Below are positions 47,465 to 60,690 of a stretch of 64,000 nucleotides of DNA, one piece after another. The stretch's first letter is position 1, and each line of letters starts with the position of its first letter. Source of the DNA: Malacoraja senta. Lineage: Eukaryota. Location: positions 62,001 to 126,000 of the forward strand of contig JAXLNO010000146.1 in NCBI GenBank assembly GCA_038087875.1, given 5' to 3'. The notes under the pieces were generated by a model. That model had not been told where the DNA came from, ran no database searches, and worked only from the letters and a program-made list of their open reading frames with translations. A program made the translations under genes and the position numbers.

Positions 47465-48000
47465 GAGGTGGGTAGAGTGGGTGGAGTTAGTAACAAAGGC
47501 CAGAGGTGAAAAGGGGACAAAAGAATAAGGAGAAAAGAAGAGGAGTGCAACGCAAAGCCGAAGGGAAAGTTGTAGATGGATGGGGGCAGGGGAAATGAGA
47601 AAGAGAGAGGATAAAGTGGAAATAGGGGACGTGGATGGGAGATGAACATATAAAGGAATGGAAAGGAGCGGCGTTATGGGGATGGGAGGTGGTGGGAGAA
47701 ATGGCTGTGCAAATGGGGGGGAGCACAGGAAAGAGAAGGGTTTGGGGAAGCATTACTTGAAATTGGAGAGTTCAGTGTTCATATCATTTGTTTGTTAACT
47801 ACCCATGCGGAATACGAGGTGCTGTTCCTCCGATTTGCGTGTGGCCTCCCTCTGGCAATGGAGGAGGCCCAAGACACAAAGTTCGGTCTGGTTATGGGAT
47901 GGGGAGTTAAAATGGCTGGCAACCGGGTGATCCAGCAGGCCTTGGCAGACAGACACAAGTGTTCGGCAAAACAGTTACTTAGCCTTCTTTGGTATAATTG
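47465..48000 (-). mobile_element. Penelope-like element 3' part (GIY-YIG end and UTR)
   Basis: RRLSNCFAEHL. Homologous to 45517-45700. Confidence 0.75.
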
Positions 48001-48009
48001 ATGTAAAGG

Positions 48010-48350
48010 AGGATATGTGGCCCTCACCCATTGTTCCCATTGCACTCCTGCCATCCGGAAGAAGGTATTAGAGTTTGTAAACCGTGACCTCAAGGTTCAA
48101 GAATAGCTTCATCCCAACAAACATCAACCACTTGAACTCTACAAACACCAAATAACTATGAACTACAAAGTGTCTCAGGTGCACTAAGGACTTCAGGATC
48201 TTCGCAATAATATTGGGGGGTTTTCAATGTTTTGAATTACTTTTGTTTATTATGTTATCTTTGATTACTGTTTACTGGCCTGTTACGCTGCTGCAAGTAA
48301 GGATTTAATTGTTCCATTTTATGTACATATGACTATTAAACACTTAGGTC
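48010..48350 (+). mobile_element. Rex1-type LINE 3' end
   Basis: LLPSGRRY..RFKNSFIP and tail gtacatatgactattaaa. Confidence 0.7.
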
Positions 48351-50404
48351 TCTTGATTCTTGAGAGTCAGGACCCCTCCACCTACATTCTCGACCCCCAG
48401 CTCATATCTAGCCAGATACCAGATCTGCATTCTGAATAATTGGGTGTCACGTTATTGGGGTTTTATCATATTTAACTTTTTAATCAGTGTCAAATGATTT
48501 CCAATGTACACGAGTTTGAAAAAAGACATGTGTAGGAAGGAACTGCAGACGCTGGTTTACACCGAAGGTAGACACAAAATGCTGAAGTAACTCATCGGGT
48601 CAGGCAGCATTCTGGAGAAAATGAATAAATGGATGACATTTCGGGTTGAGACCCTTCTTCGGACTGAGAGTTAGGGTAGATGCAAACTAGTCCTCTATTC
48701 TCCCTCTCCCCTGGCTCAGTCTGAAGAAGGGTATGGACCCAAAATGTCACCTATTCCTTTTCTCCAGAGATGCCACCGGACCCGTTGAGTTTAGTTTAGA
48801 GATACAGTGTGGAAACAGGCCCTTACAAAACATACAAACTCTGTACAGACAGCACCTGTAGCCAGGATCAAACCCAGGTCTCTGGCGCTGCAATCGCTGT
48901 AAAGCAGCAACTCTACCGCTGCGCCAACCAAAAGTTACGCCAACATTTTGTGTCTATTTTCTATGAAAAACTATGTAAAACGATGAAAAACTCAAGCCGT
49001 CAAGCAGGGTGGGGTCTGTCTCCCTGCTGCCAGTTGGGAGTTAGCCTCCTTCGCAATCTGCTGCTGCAGGAATCACCAGGATCCCGTGCAAATGGACAGC
49101 ACTCTCAACGCACAGTAGATCTCGACGATAGCTGTCACATAGCACACTTTGGAACATGTGAAAGCCCCTTCAGAGACACTGGGGAGCAACATTCAAAAGC
49201 TTTGTCAAACTTGTCGAGGTGTAATAAATGGTTGGGTGTTGGTGGGGTATTGGTGAAGGGTTTTTTCGAAGATTGAGAGATTAAAAGGGTGGGGGTAGCT
49301 GCTAGTAGCTTGTAGCAGTTGTAGAAGTGATAAGTCTGGGATCTGGGGGCTGAGAGTACAGCTCCATCAACACTGAAGAAGCTTGATAGCATCCAAGGAA
49401 TGACACAACTGTTGGCAGCATTGTGGCGCAGCAGTAGAGTTGCCACTTTACAACGCTCAAAGGTTACTCCTGTGGGTTGTTCTAAAGCGGAGATTGATAG
49501 GTTCTTGATTAGTAAGAGCATCAAAGGTTACGGGGAGAAGGTTGTGAGGGTAAAATAGATTGGCCATGATCGAATGGTGCAGCAGATTCAATGAACTGAA
49601 TGGTTAATTCTGCACCTATGTCTTATGGTCTAAGGAAATGACCGCGCTCTCTCTATGGACCAGTGATGTTGACAGGGCAACAGCAACGAGTGTCTTCTCT
49701 GTCACTGCAAATACAATTGTGTTATATGTGGACCACCCAACATCATCAAATGGTACATCTGACTCTGGGCTATGACAGCACTTCAGGTTATTGTTTTATA
49801 TTTTGCGACAGTGAAGACAACTCTGATTCTATAACTGCATTTCATCTTCACATCTCCTCCTCTCCATCTCTACGATGCAATTGAGTTCAGCCTTCAGAAG
49901 GACTCGACCCAAAACGTCACCCATTCCTTCTCTCCAGAGATGCTGCCTGTCCCGCTGAGTTACTCCAGCATTTTGTGTCTATCTTTGACCAAATGTCTGC
50001 CGGGTTCTGCTCACATTTTAAACAACATGCCCCTCACTGGCAGTCTCCCATTGGGGATAGAGTTTTTCTTGAGTAGAAAGTGTTCTCATTCTGCATTCCC
50101 ACTTCCAACGAGGCATTTCCAAATGCCCAGTAAAGCTTTCTCTGCTCTGTCACATCACATTGCCTTGTGGGCACAAATTTGGCACCAATGGCCTGACACA
50201 CACCACACTGGCAATGGAGTACTCCTAATGCTGTTGCCAAATTGGGGAGGAGCAGCTCATCTCAAGCAGTCCTTGAAAGGGAATTAAGAACCAGTGGACT
50301 TAGGTTTAAGGTGAGAGGGGCAAGATTTACTAGAAACCTGTGGGAACCTTCCTCCCTCAGAGGATGGTGGGTATATAGACCAAGCTGCCGGAGTATGGGC
50401 ACTG

Positions 50405-50700
50405 GGCAGCACAGTGGCACAATGATAGAGTTACTGCCTTGCAGTGCCAGATAAATACCCAAGTTCGATCCTGACTATGGGTGATGTCTAAAGGGAGTTT
50501 TTACATTCTCCCTGTGACCATGTGGATTTTCTCCGGGTGCTCTGGTTTCCTCCCACACACCAAAGACGTACAGGTTTGTAGATTAATTGGCTTTTGTAAA
50601 TTTACCCCAGTGTGTATGTAGTGCTAGTGTATGGGGTGATCACTGGTCGGCGTGGACTCGATGGGACGAAGATCCTGTTTTCACGCTCTGACTAAAATTA
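50405..50700 (+). mobile_element. HE1-like V-SINE inserted in a + strand CR1 3' fragment (50285-50890)
   Basis: A box TGGCACAATG, B box GTTCGATCC and V-core. CR1 sequence resumes at ~50705. Confidence 0.8.
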
Positions 50701-51494
50701 AGTAAAAGAGCTGGTTGAGGCAAGTACCATTTCAGCATTTAAATGACACTTGGACAGGTAGATCAGTGGGAAAGGTTCTGAGGGATAAGGGCCAAACGCA
50801 AGCAAATGGGACTAGTTCAGATTGAACATCTTGGCCAGAATGGACGAGACGGGCCGCAGGGCCTGTTTCTGTGCTGTATGACTCTATAAGATGAAAACCT
50901 CAAACATCAAAATTAAATTCTGAGTGAAATGTAACACAAAGTTGAAACATTGCTAAAAGAGTTTGTTGCAAAGTAGCAGAAGACTCAGTAACCAGTCACT
51001 ACAATGGAGGCAACACTAAGCTTGATGAATAGGAAGGAACTGCAAATACTGGTTTAAACTGAAGATAGACACAAACAGCTGGAGTAACTCAGCGGGTCAG
51101 GCAACATCTCTGAAGAAAATGAATAGGCGACATTTCGGGTGGAGACCCTTCTTGATGAGGTATACAGCCACTCATCATTGTAACAGATAGAAGCTTCATC
51201 CAGTATTCAGATTAGGACCGGATGTTCATCTGGAAAGGAAAAATGAGAAGAGATTGGATCAGAAATGAGAAGAGAGTTTGTCACATCATCGAGTCTTACT
51301 GAAGGAGTCTATGTGCTCACTCACCTGTAATCACACCTGGCCTCTCTCCTCATTGCTCCTCTTCTCTACAATGCTCCAATGATCATCACAAGCGTAGCCG
51401 TGAGTACCAGCATGGAACTAGCTCCAAATGCCTCATGTGACCCACCAACACCTGCCCAGCAATCAAATACAGTAGACATTAGGTGAAGTACATA

Positions 51495-52570
51495 GATCAT
51501 AAGATCATAAGCGATAGGAGCAGAATTAGGCCATTCGGCCCATCAAGTCTACTCTGCCATGGTTGCTCTATCCCTCCTAACCCAATTCTCCTGCCTTCTC
51601 CCCATAACCTCTGAAACCTGGACTAATCAAGAATCTATTTATCTGCCTTAAATATATCCACTGACGGCCTCCACAGCCTTCTGTGGCAAAACATTCCTCA
51701 GATTTGCCACCCTCTTTATATGTCTTAGAGTCATACGGCATGGAAAACAGCTACCTTTCCCAACTCTTTGGTATAGTTAGTGTGGTTTATTGTCACGTGT
51801 ACTGAGGTTAAGTGAAAACTCATCCTTGCCAACCATGATGTCCCATCTCAGCTAATCCTATTTGTCCATGTATCAGTCCAAGTATCTTAAATGCTGTTAT
51901 AGTACCTGCCTCAACTACCTCCTCTGGCATTTCGTTCTTTATACCCACCACCCTCAAAGTCCCTCAGCTTCCTATTACATCTTGTCCCTCTCACCTCAAA
52001 CATATACCCTCTGGTTCTTGATTCCCCTATCCTGGATAAAAGACTGGGCATTCACCCTATCTATTCCCCTCATGATTTATTCACCTCTATAAGATCACCC
52101 CTCAGCCCCCTGTGCTCTAAGAAGCTCTAGCCTGCCTAACTTATCCCGATGCTCAAAATATACAGGTAAAAAGCTGGACTAACATCGAGTGTCAGGCAGC
52201 ATCTCTGGAGAAAAGGAATCAGTGATGCTTCGGGTCAAGACCCTAATTCAGATATCCCTATGCTCAGTCTCTTGAGACCTAGCAACATCTTTGTTTATCT
52301 TCCCTGCACTCTTTCCATCTTAATGACATCCTTGTTATGGCAGGGTGACTAAACCTGAACACAATACTCCAACTGTGGCCTCACCAACGTCTTGTACAAA
52401 TGTAACATAACGTCTCAACTTCTATCCTTAATACCATGTCTGATGAAGCCCAATATACCAAAAGCCTTCTTTACTGCCCTAAATACCTTTGATGCCAGTG
52501 TCATGGAACTCTGTAACTGTACTCCAAGATTCCTCTGCTCTATAACACACTCCAGGACCCTACCAATGAT
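51495..52570 (-). mobile_element. CR1/HER1 3' fragments with an embedded PLE-derived repeat
   Basis: Homologous to 21422-22100 and 41963-42190. Confidence 0.78.
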
Positions 52571-52734
52571 GGCACTGGAGGGGATGCAGGTGAGATTTAC
52601 AGAGACTGAGTAAATTAGCCATAGAGTCATCCAGAACAGAAAAAGGCCCTTCGGCCCAATTCGTTCTTGCTGACCAAGATGACACAGTTGCTCATGTCAG
52701 GAATATGTGAATAGGCTGTGGTTCTTTAGTTTAT

Positions 52735-52990
52735 TTTTAGTTTAGAGATACAGCCATCTCTGCACATTAACGCTATCCTGCACATACACTAGAGACAATT
52801 TACAATTTGACACTTACACCAGCCAATTATGGTACAAACTTTTACGTCTGTGGAGTGTGGGAGGAAACCGAAGATCTCGGAGAAAACCCATGCGGTCACG
52901 GGGAGAACGTGCAAACTCCATACAGACAGTTCCCATAGACGGAATCGAACCTGGGTCTCGGGCGCTGTAAGGCAGCAACTCTTACTCTGT
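52735..52990 (-). mobile_element. HE1-like V-SINE
   Basis: V-core and tRNA-like head in reverse orientation. Confidence 0.8.
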
Positions 52991-53464
52991 CTTAGGAAAG
53001 CAGGAAGGTGAGGGTTGGATTAATATGGGACCAGAACAGAATAAATAGGAAAGACCTGCTGTCCTTAACAGAGCAGTCAAAACAAAATGAAAGATTGGAT
53101 GTGATCAGTAGGATTCGGAGGAGACTTTGAAACATTTTCCACACAGTGATGGGAGGGGTCTGGAAATAATTGCCGGTAGCGTGTGATGGAGACAGAAATA
53201 CTGACCACATTTAAACTGGCTAAATATGTACTTGAATTGCCGAGCTATGAACCCAGTGCTCGTAGATGGGGTGAACGATAAGATACGATAGAACTTTATT
53301 CATCCCAGGAAGGAAATTGATCTGCCCACGGTCATAAAAACACAAAATATATGAAACATGAAATTGAAGTGACAAGTGGAAAGGATTGGGATGTGCAAAG
53401 ATTGGGGAGGGGGAGGGTGACGGGGAGTGGAGACTCAGTCTCAGTCTCAGTCTACCCCACAACA

Positions 53465-53760
53465 GAAGAGGTCATAGCCTCAGAAATAAAGGACGTTCTT
53501 TCAGGAAGGAAATGAGAAGGAATTTCTTTAGTCAGAGGGTGGTGAATCTGTAGAAATATTTGCCACATAATAATGTGGAGGCCAAGTGAGTGGATATTTG
53601 TAAGACAGAGATAGATAGATTCTTGATTAGTAAGGCTGTCAGGGTTTATGGGGTGAAGGCAGTAGAATGGGGTTAGGAGGGAGATATAGATCAGCCATGA
53701 TTGAAAGGCGGAGTAGACTTGATGGGCTGAATGGCCTAATTCTGCTCCAATTACTTATGA
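53465..53760 (+). mobile_element. CR1/HER1 3' fragment
   Basis: Homologous to 46550-46845. Confidence 0.8.
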
Positions 53761-54969
53761 CATGAGTTCGGGAGGAACTCAGTGGGTCAGGCAGCATCTG
53801 TGGAGGGAAATGGACATGCAACGCTTCGAGTCGAAACTCATGCTCAGGATTACAGCATCTGAAGTTCTTTGTGTCCATTCCTTCCACAAGTGCTTACTGA
53901 TCCGCTGAGTTATTCCAGCACATTGTGTCTTGTTCAGAATTCCGCTGCCCTTCCTTGTGTTCGACTCCAAACGCCACCTGTTCCATTTCACTCCACAGCG
54001 ACAACCTGACCGTCTGAGTTTCTACAGCGCTTTTTGTTTTCCTCAACATCCCAGCATTTGGAGTATCTTGTGTTTGACTGCAAACAAAGGAGATTGTGAT
54101 GGGGTTCAGGAAGTGAAGATGCACAGTCTTTTACCCAGAGTAGGGGAATCAGGAACCAGAGGAGATAGGTTTAAGGTGAGAGGGAAATATTTAATAGCAA
54201 TTTGAGGGGCAACTTTTTCGGACAGCAGGTGGTGGTTATGAAATGAGCTGCCAGAGGAGGTAGTTAGGCAAAAATTATCACAGATTTCAAAAGACATTTG
54301 GATAGATATGTGGACAGGAAATGTTTAGAGGGGTATGGACAAAACATGATCGGTATGGACCAAACATGGGGATGGAGTTGCTGGCGCACCTTGGCTGGCA
54401 TGGGCAAGCTTTCCTTCCTACGCAAGGTTGCTCAAGTGTTACCACAGACCATCCAAGACTAATGATGTTGTAACTATGCCCATATTGTATCTCTATGTCT
54501 TACTGCATGGCAACCAACGCATCTTCCATTCTTACTTCATGAACCCTTCCATCCTTTGAACAGAAATAGCTTCCAAGTTGCATCAGCCGGGGGATTCCAG
54601 TAAAATAAAGTCAAACTGGATTTGCAACTGGCATCAGAACACCGATAAAGGATATTTGATCTAGTTACTCTGCTTCTCTTACCACACACTAAACTTAACC
54701 TTCTGAATGTTTGCAGCATATTCTGCTTTTATTTTAGATTTCCAGCATCTGCAGTTGTATTTAATTGATTTTGAAATCTGTTGAACAGTTACCACCACAT
54801 GTGTAAGGAAGAACATTGTTAATCTATGTAGGTAACGCCAGGAAAATACAATGGGATCTTTAAACACAATTTTGGAGCTCCAGAATGAACTAATATAATG
54901 GGCAAACTCATTTAGCATACCAGTTTTGAGAAAGTTATCGATTTCTAATTTGGCTCTGTTGCAGCTGGT

Positions 54970-55440
54970 AGAGTCATAGTCCTAGAGCATGACAACAGGC
55001 CCTTCAGCCCAACTTGCTCTTGCCAACCAAGATGCCCCATCTACACCCGTCCCACTTGCCCAGGTTTGGCGCATAACCCTTTCCTACCCATGTGGCTATC
55101 CAAAGATCTGTTATGGCACCTGGTAGTTCTTTCCATATACCTACCATCCCCTTTGTGAAAAAGTTGCTCCTCAAATTTTATTAAATCTCTCTCACCTTGG
55201 AACCATTTGTTCTTGATTCCCTTACTCTTGTTAAAAGACTATGCATTCGCCTTATCTATTCCCGTCATGATCTTGTACACCGCTGTAAGATCACCCCTCT
55301 GTGTCCTGCGCTCGGAGGTATAAAGTCCTTACCTGCCCCACCTCTCCCTATAACTCAGGCCCCAAAGTCCTAGCAACATCCTCATAAATCTTCTCAGTAC
55401 TTATTCCAGCTTAATAACACCCTTCCTATAGCAGGGTAAC
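54970..55440 (-). mobile_element. CR1 3' fragment, followed by a + strand V-SINE fragment (55440-55650)
   Basis: Homologous to 21422-21900. Confidence 0.75.
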
Positions 55441-56042
55441 GGAGTGGAGCTGCTGTCTCACTGCACCAGAGACCCGGTTTGTATCATGATACCTGGTGCC
55501 ATCTGTGTGGAGTTTGCACATTCTCCCTGTGACTGAGTGGGGTTCCTCCGGGTGCTCCGGTTTTGTCGAACATCCCAAAGACATGCGGGATTGCCCCCAG
55601 TGTGTAGGGAGTGGATGAGAATGTGGGATAACACAGAACCAACGTGAGTGAGTTTAATTTAGCCTAGCTTAGTGTAGTTTAGTTTATTGTCTGAGATACA
55701 GTGAGTGAAAAGCTTTTTGATGCATGCTAACCAGTCAGCGGAAACACCATACATGATTACAATCGAACCGCCCGCAGTGTACAGATACAAGATAAAGGGA
55801 ATAACGTTTAGTGCAAGTTAAAGTCTGATTAAAGATAGTCCTATGATTGGAGGAATGAATGATCAGTGGTCAGCGTGGTCTCGGTAAGCAAAGGGCCTGT
55901 TGCATGCTGTATCTGTCAATTAATCAATCCATTTTTTTTAGTGTAAGATGGAACTGCAGATGCTAGTGTGCACTGAAGATAGACACAAAATGCTAGAGTA
56001 ACTCAGCGGGTCAGGCAGCAGTTCTGGAGAAAAGGAATAGGT

Positions 56043-56070
56043 GACGTTTCGGGTCGAGACACTTCATCAG
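56043..56070 (-). ncRNA. Minimal hammerhead ribozyme motif in a PLE-derived repeat
   Basis: Minus strand reads CTGATGA-AGTGTCTCGACCC-GAAACGTC (one stem II mismatch). Confidence 0.6.
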
Positions 56071-56519
56071 ATTGGTATCAAAAGTATTTATTTTTATTGG
56101 GCTGTACATTTGACCGACAGCTCAAAGGAAAGTTAATGCTGGGACTATAAGGAAAGTCAATGCCGGGAAACAGATCATTCCATTGTAAGGACTCACTGAG
56201 CTACCATGTAAATTGCATTCTGCCCCTCCCCAGTAATTGTAGCCCCAGGCTGAGGAGCAGCAAGGAAAATTGATTTCACAATGCACTATCCTTTTTGAAG
56301 GTGGGATTTCCCCTTTATCATCTAGTTTCATGCTTTGGCCCAAGCATCAGTCTCTGCCTGAAGAATGGTCTCGACCCAACACGTAAGCCGTTCTTTCTCT
56401 CCAGAGATGCTGCCTGAGTTACTGCAGCTTTTTGTGTCAATCTTCGGTTTAAACCAGCATCCTTCCTACAGAAGACTCCGTCTGCTGAATACCAGCCCTT
56501 TCAACAAAGTCTAAGTTCA

Positions 56520-56940
56520 AAGGGCCAAATGGCCACCTCCTGCACCTATTTTCTATGTTTCTAATCAAAACACTGTCTATCCCTGCATTAAAAAAATCCA
56601 CTGACCGCCTCAACAGCCTTCTTTGGCAATGAATTCCACAGATTCACCACCCTCTGATTAAATACATTTCTCTTCATCTCCTTCCTAAAGGAACATCCTT
56701 TAATTCTGAGGCTATGCCCTCTAGTCATAGACTCTCCCACTAGTGGAAACATGCTCTCGACATGCACTCTATCCAAACCTTTCACTATTCTGTATGTTTC
56801 AATGAGGCCCCTCCTCATTCTTCTAAACTCCAGCGAGTACAGGCCCAGTGCCGGCAAATGGTCATCATAGATTAACCCACTCACTCCTGGGATCATTCTT
56901 GTAAACCTCCTCTGGACCCTCTCAAGAGCCAGCACATGCC
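56520..56940 (-). mobile_element. CR1/HER1 3' fragment
   Basis: LERVQRRFTRMIPG..LGLYSLEFRRMR..TRGHSL. Confidence 0.85.
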
Positions 56941-56974
56941 CAAAATTGCTCACAAATGATCGGCAAATCACTTG

Positions 56975-57500
56975 CCATCCCAGGTCAAAATTCCCCTCTT
57001 TGTCCCTGATCAGCAAACAGAGCGAGAAACCCCTCACCGACCCAGATCAAGAAACCCATTACAATCCTGGACCAGGTTATCATTCACTGTCCAGAGAAGG
57101 AGATCTCTCACCGTCCAGATCAGAAGCTCCCTCACCGTCCTAGATCAGAGACCCCTCATCGTCCCAGATCAGAAGGCCTCTAATAATTCTGGATCAGGAT
57201 ATCATTTACCGTCCAGACCGGGAGATTCCTCACTGTCCAGACCAGGAGATCCCTCACCACCAAGTCAGTGGATATATTTAAGGCAGTGATAGATTCTTAA
57301 TTAGTGCAAGTGTCAGAGGTTATGGGGAGAAGGCAGCAGAATGGGGTTAGATATAATTCAGCCATGACTGAATGGCAGAGTAGACTTGATGGGCCGAATG
57401 GCCAAACTCTACTCCTATCACTTATGATCTTGATCAAAAGCTCCCTCAGCATCCGCGATTGGGAAGCCGTCCAAGATCAGTGCTCCCTCACCATCATGGA
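56975..57500. repeat. Degenerate 24-25 bp minisatellite, interrupted by a CR1 tail (~57263-57428)
   Basis: Repeated units resembling AGATCAGGAGATCCCTCACCGTCC. Confidence 0.75.
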
Positions 57501-57544
57501 TGGGAACTCCCTTGTTGTCTGGGTCAAGATGTAACACGTACAAT

Positions 57545-58025
57545 AGATAAGGGAGAGCCAGTGGAAGTTGTGTACCTGGACTTTCAGAAAGCCTTTGATA
57601 AGGTCCCATACAGTAGAGTAGTGGGCAAAATATGAGCACATGGTATTGGGGGTAGGATATTTACATGGATAGAAAATTGTGAAAATTAGTAGGATGTGAG
57701 GGGATTTTATAGAAACATATAAAATTATTAGGGGATTGGACATGCCGGATGCAGGAAACATGTTCCCAATGTACTTAGAGGAGTTCAGAACCAGGGGCCA
57801 CATTTTAAGAATAAGTATGTCCATTTAGTACTGAGATGAGGACAAACGTTTTCACACAGAGAGTTGTGAATTTGTGGAATCCTCTGCCTCAGAAGGCAGT
57901 GGAGGCCGATTCACTAGATGCATTCAAAAGAGAGTTAGATAGAGCCCTTGCATTGATTGGCGGTGCTGGCTCGAAGGGCCGAAAGGTCTACTCCTGCATA
58001 TTGTCTATGTATCTATGTCTATGTA
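57545..58025 (+). mobile_element. CR1 fragments (internally deleted)
   Basis: VYLDFQKAFD and FTQRVVNLWNPLP. Confidence 0.8.
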
Positions 58026-58749
58026 TCTATAATAAATGGGTTCACATTGGGAGGCGACGATGGGCTGATGGAATCAGCTGGTAACAACTATCCTTTGCGC
58101 TTGTGTATGCATTGAGTGTACTCGTCTATGTATGATTTGACTGGATAGCACATCAATAAAACATTTTCAATCTAACTTCGTAACGTATAATATATGATAA
58201 TAACGTATAATATAATAAATCAATATTAATACTACCCCAGTAATCTTCTCTGCACTCTCTTCACAGCAGTAGGGCAACGCTTTTACATGGGCCGCGGAAC
58301 CGGGGGCTACTGTACGGGGTGATCGCTGGTCGGCGCAGACTCGGTGGGCCGAAGCATCTGCTACCGCGCTGCATCTCTAAAGTCTAAAAGGCTGTAGTCT
58401 AAAGACCAAAGCGGGCCGGACTGATACGTGTAGGAAAGAACTGCAAATGCTGCTTTAACTCGAAGGTAGACACAACATGCTGGAATAACACCCTACAGGA
58501 AGGGCCTCGACCTGAAATGTCACCAGCTGGCTTCTCTCCAGAGATGCTGCCTGTCCCGCTGTGTTACTCCAGCATTTTGTGTCTACCGGATTGATGTGCT
58601 CTGGGTGATATTATAGGGAGGGTTTGATCAGACAAAACTTCCACTGGTTGCTGACCTCTGCAGCCGTCTAATCTCTGCACGAACAGCAGAACTTGCCGAA
58701 GTATTAGACAGGACCTTGCTCAAGTATTAGACAGGATCTTTGTCAATTA

Positions 58750-59650
58750 TTGGAGATAGTTTAGAGCATGCGTGTTCCTGTTAAAGTGAAAGGTAAGGCA
58801 TGAGGGAGCGTGTTCACTGGAGAAAGATACGCAAACTGGGGAACTTGGTTCAGTTAATGAAATTATCTTGAGGACAATTGTCTTAAAGTTGACGATGTGG
58901 TTAACGCCTTAAGGCGTACGAACGTGGATAAATCAGATATATGCAAGGACACTGTTGGAAGCCAGAGAAGAAATTATAGGTTCCCCGACTGAGAAATACA
59001 AATCATCATTAGGTACGGGGCAACGTCATGTGGATAGACGGGGATTGATGAGGGATAGCCAGAACGATTTTGTACAAGCGAAATCATGTCTCATGAATCG
59101 GACTGAATGCTTTTAAGTATCTACAAAGGTTGCTGAGGGCAACCCATAGACTTTGTCCATATGGACTTCAGCCAGCCATTTGATAAGGTTCTGCACGATA
59201 GGCTGCTCCGGAATACGATCCAGGAAAAGTCTGTCTACTTAATAGAGAATTGGTTTCATGAAGATTACAGAGGGACGTGGTGGATTTTTCGGACTGGAGT
59301 TCTGTGACTAATGGTGTGCGTCACGGATCGGTACTGCGCCCATTGCTGTTTGTTGTTTATAACAACGATTTGGATGACAATTTAGATGGCATAATTAGTA
59401 CGTTTGCAGGCGACACGAAAGTGTGTGGCATCGCAGATTAGAAGGTGGTTATCGAAAACTAAAGCAGGATCTTGATCAGTTGCGGAGGTGGCCCGAGGAA
59501 TGGTTAACATATTTTAGTACGAACAAGTGCGAGTTGTTGCAATTTGGGTCGTGAATGCTGGATACGAGATTCAATGTCAATTGTAGGGTTTTGAGGATTG
59601 TTGTAAAATAGAGTGATCGAGGACTCCAGGTACATAGTTCCTGGAGCATG
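58750..59650 (+). mobile_element. Old CR1 RT fragment
   Basis: Degenerate MDFSQPFDKV..GSVLRPLLFVVYNNDLD..FAGDTK. Homologous to 22100-23250. Confidence 0.75.
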
Positions 59651-60353
59651 TTGTCACATGTAGATAGGGTTCCGACCCGAAATGTCGCCTACGCATGCTC
59701 TGCAGGGATGCTACCTGAACCGCTGTGATACTCCAACACTTTGTGTTTTTATAAACCGGCATCAGTTGGTCCTTGCGTTAAGGTACAGCAATGTATCCGT
59801 CGCTCAACTAATGTTATACCCGTTTTGGCAAGATTATTATCATCATAATGTCATGCTAGGCAAATAGAGTATTGTTGTGAACACGCAGCGCCATAATTGT
59901 ACGATGAGCGCCTAAACTCCAAGTAGATAATGCACCTGCAGACTCTTCCTTCCGATTATGTTCTCTATCGCTCTCTGTGTGGAGTGTGCACGTTCTTTCT
60001 GCCACTGCGTGGATTTCTCTCGGGGGTACTGGAGCCACATTTGTCCAATAGATACAATTGGTTGTCAAGGTGAATGGCTCCTGTGATATGGCCCAAATGC
60101 AGGTTGGTTACTGGAGCATGAGCCGGCACTTGAATGGCATGCAATGAGATGCATTGCATGGACAAGCAGACAGGTAAGGAACTGCAAGGTTTACCCTGAC
60201 AAGCACCAGAGACTCGTTGGTCCGACTGGTGTCTCTGAACGAAATATGCAATAATAGAATCTGCGAGGCAACGCCAAAGCCATTGATTCATTCAAAATTA
60301 ATTTTCAATTTCACCTGTAAATTAAAAGCTCTTTTTTGAATGAGAAAAGAAAA

Positions 60354-60690
60354 TTACATTTTTATATTCGGCTCAAATTTTCTGGGACACCCCATAAAAA
60401 TACGTGCAAGATGGAGACACCTCAGCATGTGCCCGGAATGTTCGGCTTTGTTAAATGGATTGTTATAATCTTTTGCTAAAAGCTGGTTGCCGATGAAGCT
60501 CATAAACCACACGAAATTTAACATCCACATTACTACGAATCCGGCAGATATGGCTAGCAATAGAATGATGGACTTCCTTCTGTTCTCCACCTCTTGATCC
60601 GCTTGTCCTTTGTGTTCTCTCGGAGACCGCTGCTCACTCTGCTGGCTTGTATAATATCCCTGACAGTCAAGGCGTTGAGAACCATTAATT
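60354..60690 (-). pseudogene. GPR139-like class A GPCR pseudogene fragment (TM5 end to TM7)
   Basis: Paralogous to 63211-63600 (LNALTVRDII..ENRRKSIILLLAIS..AEHSGHMLRCL). Frameshift in ICL3, deletion in TM7, 5' part missing. Confidence 0.85.

Noticed and set aside
50405..50480. tRNA gene
   Set aside because: The A/B boxes belong to a V-SINE head; there is no complete cloverleaf and the SINE core follows.
51325..51452. Minus-strand exon bounded by CAG and GTGAG
   Set aside because: All three frames contain stops and no partner exons were found, so it is unsupported as a coding exon.
56975..57500. CRISPR-like repeat array
   Set aside because: Units are contiguous with no unique spacers, there are no cas genes, and the context is vertebrate.
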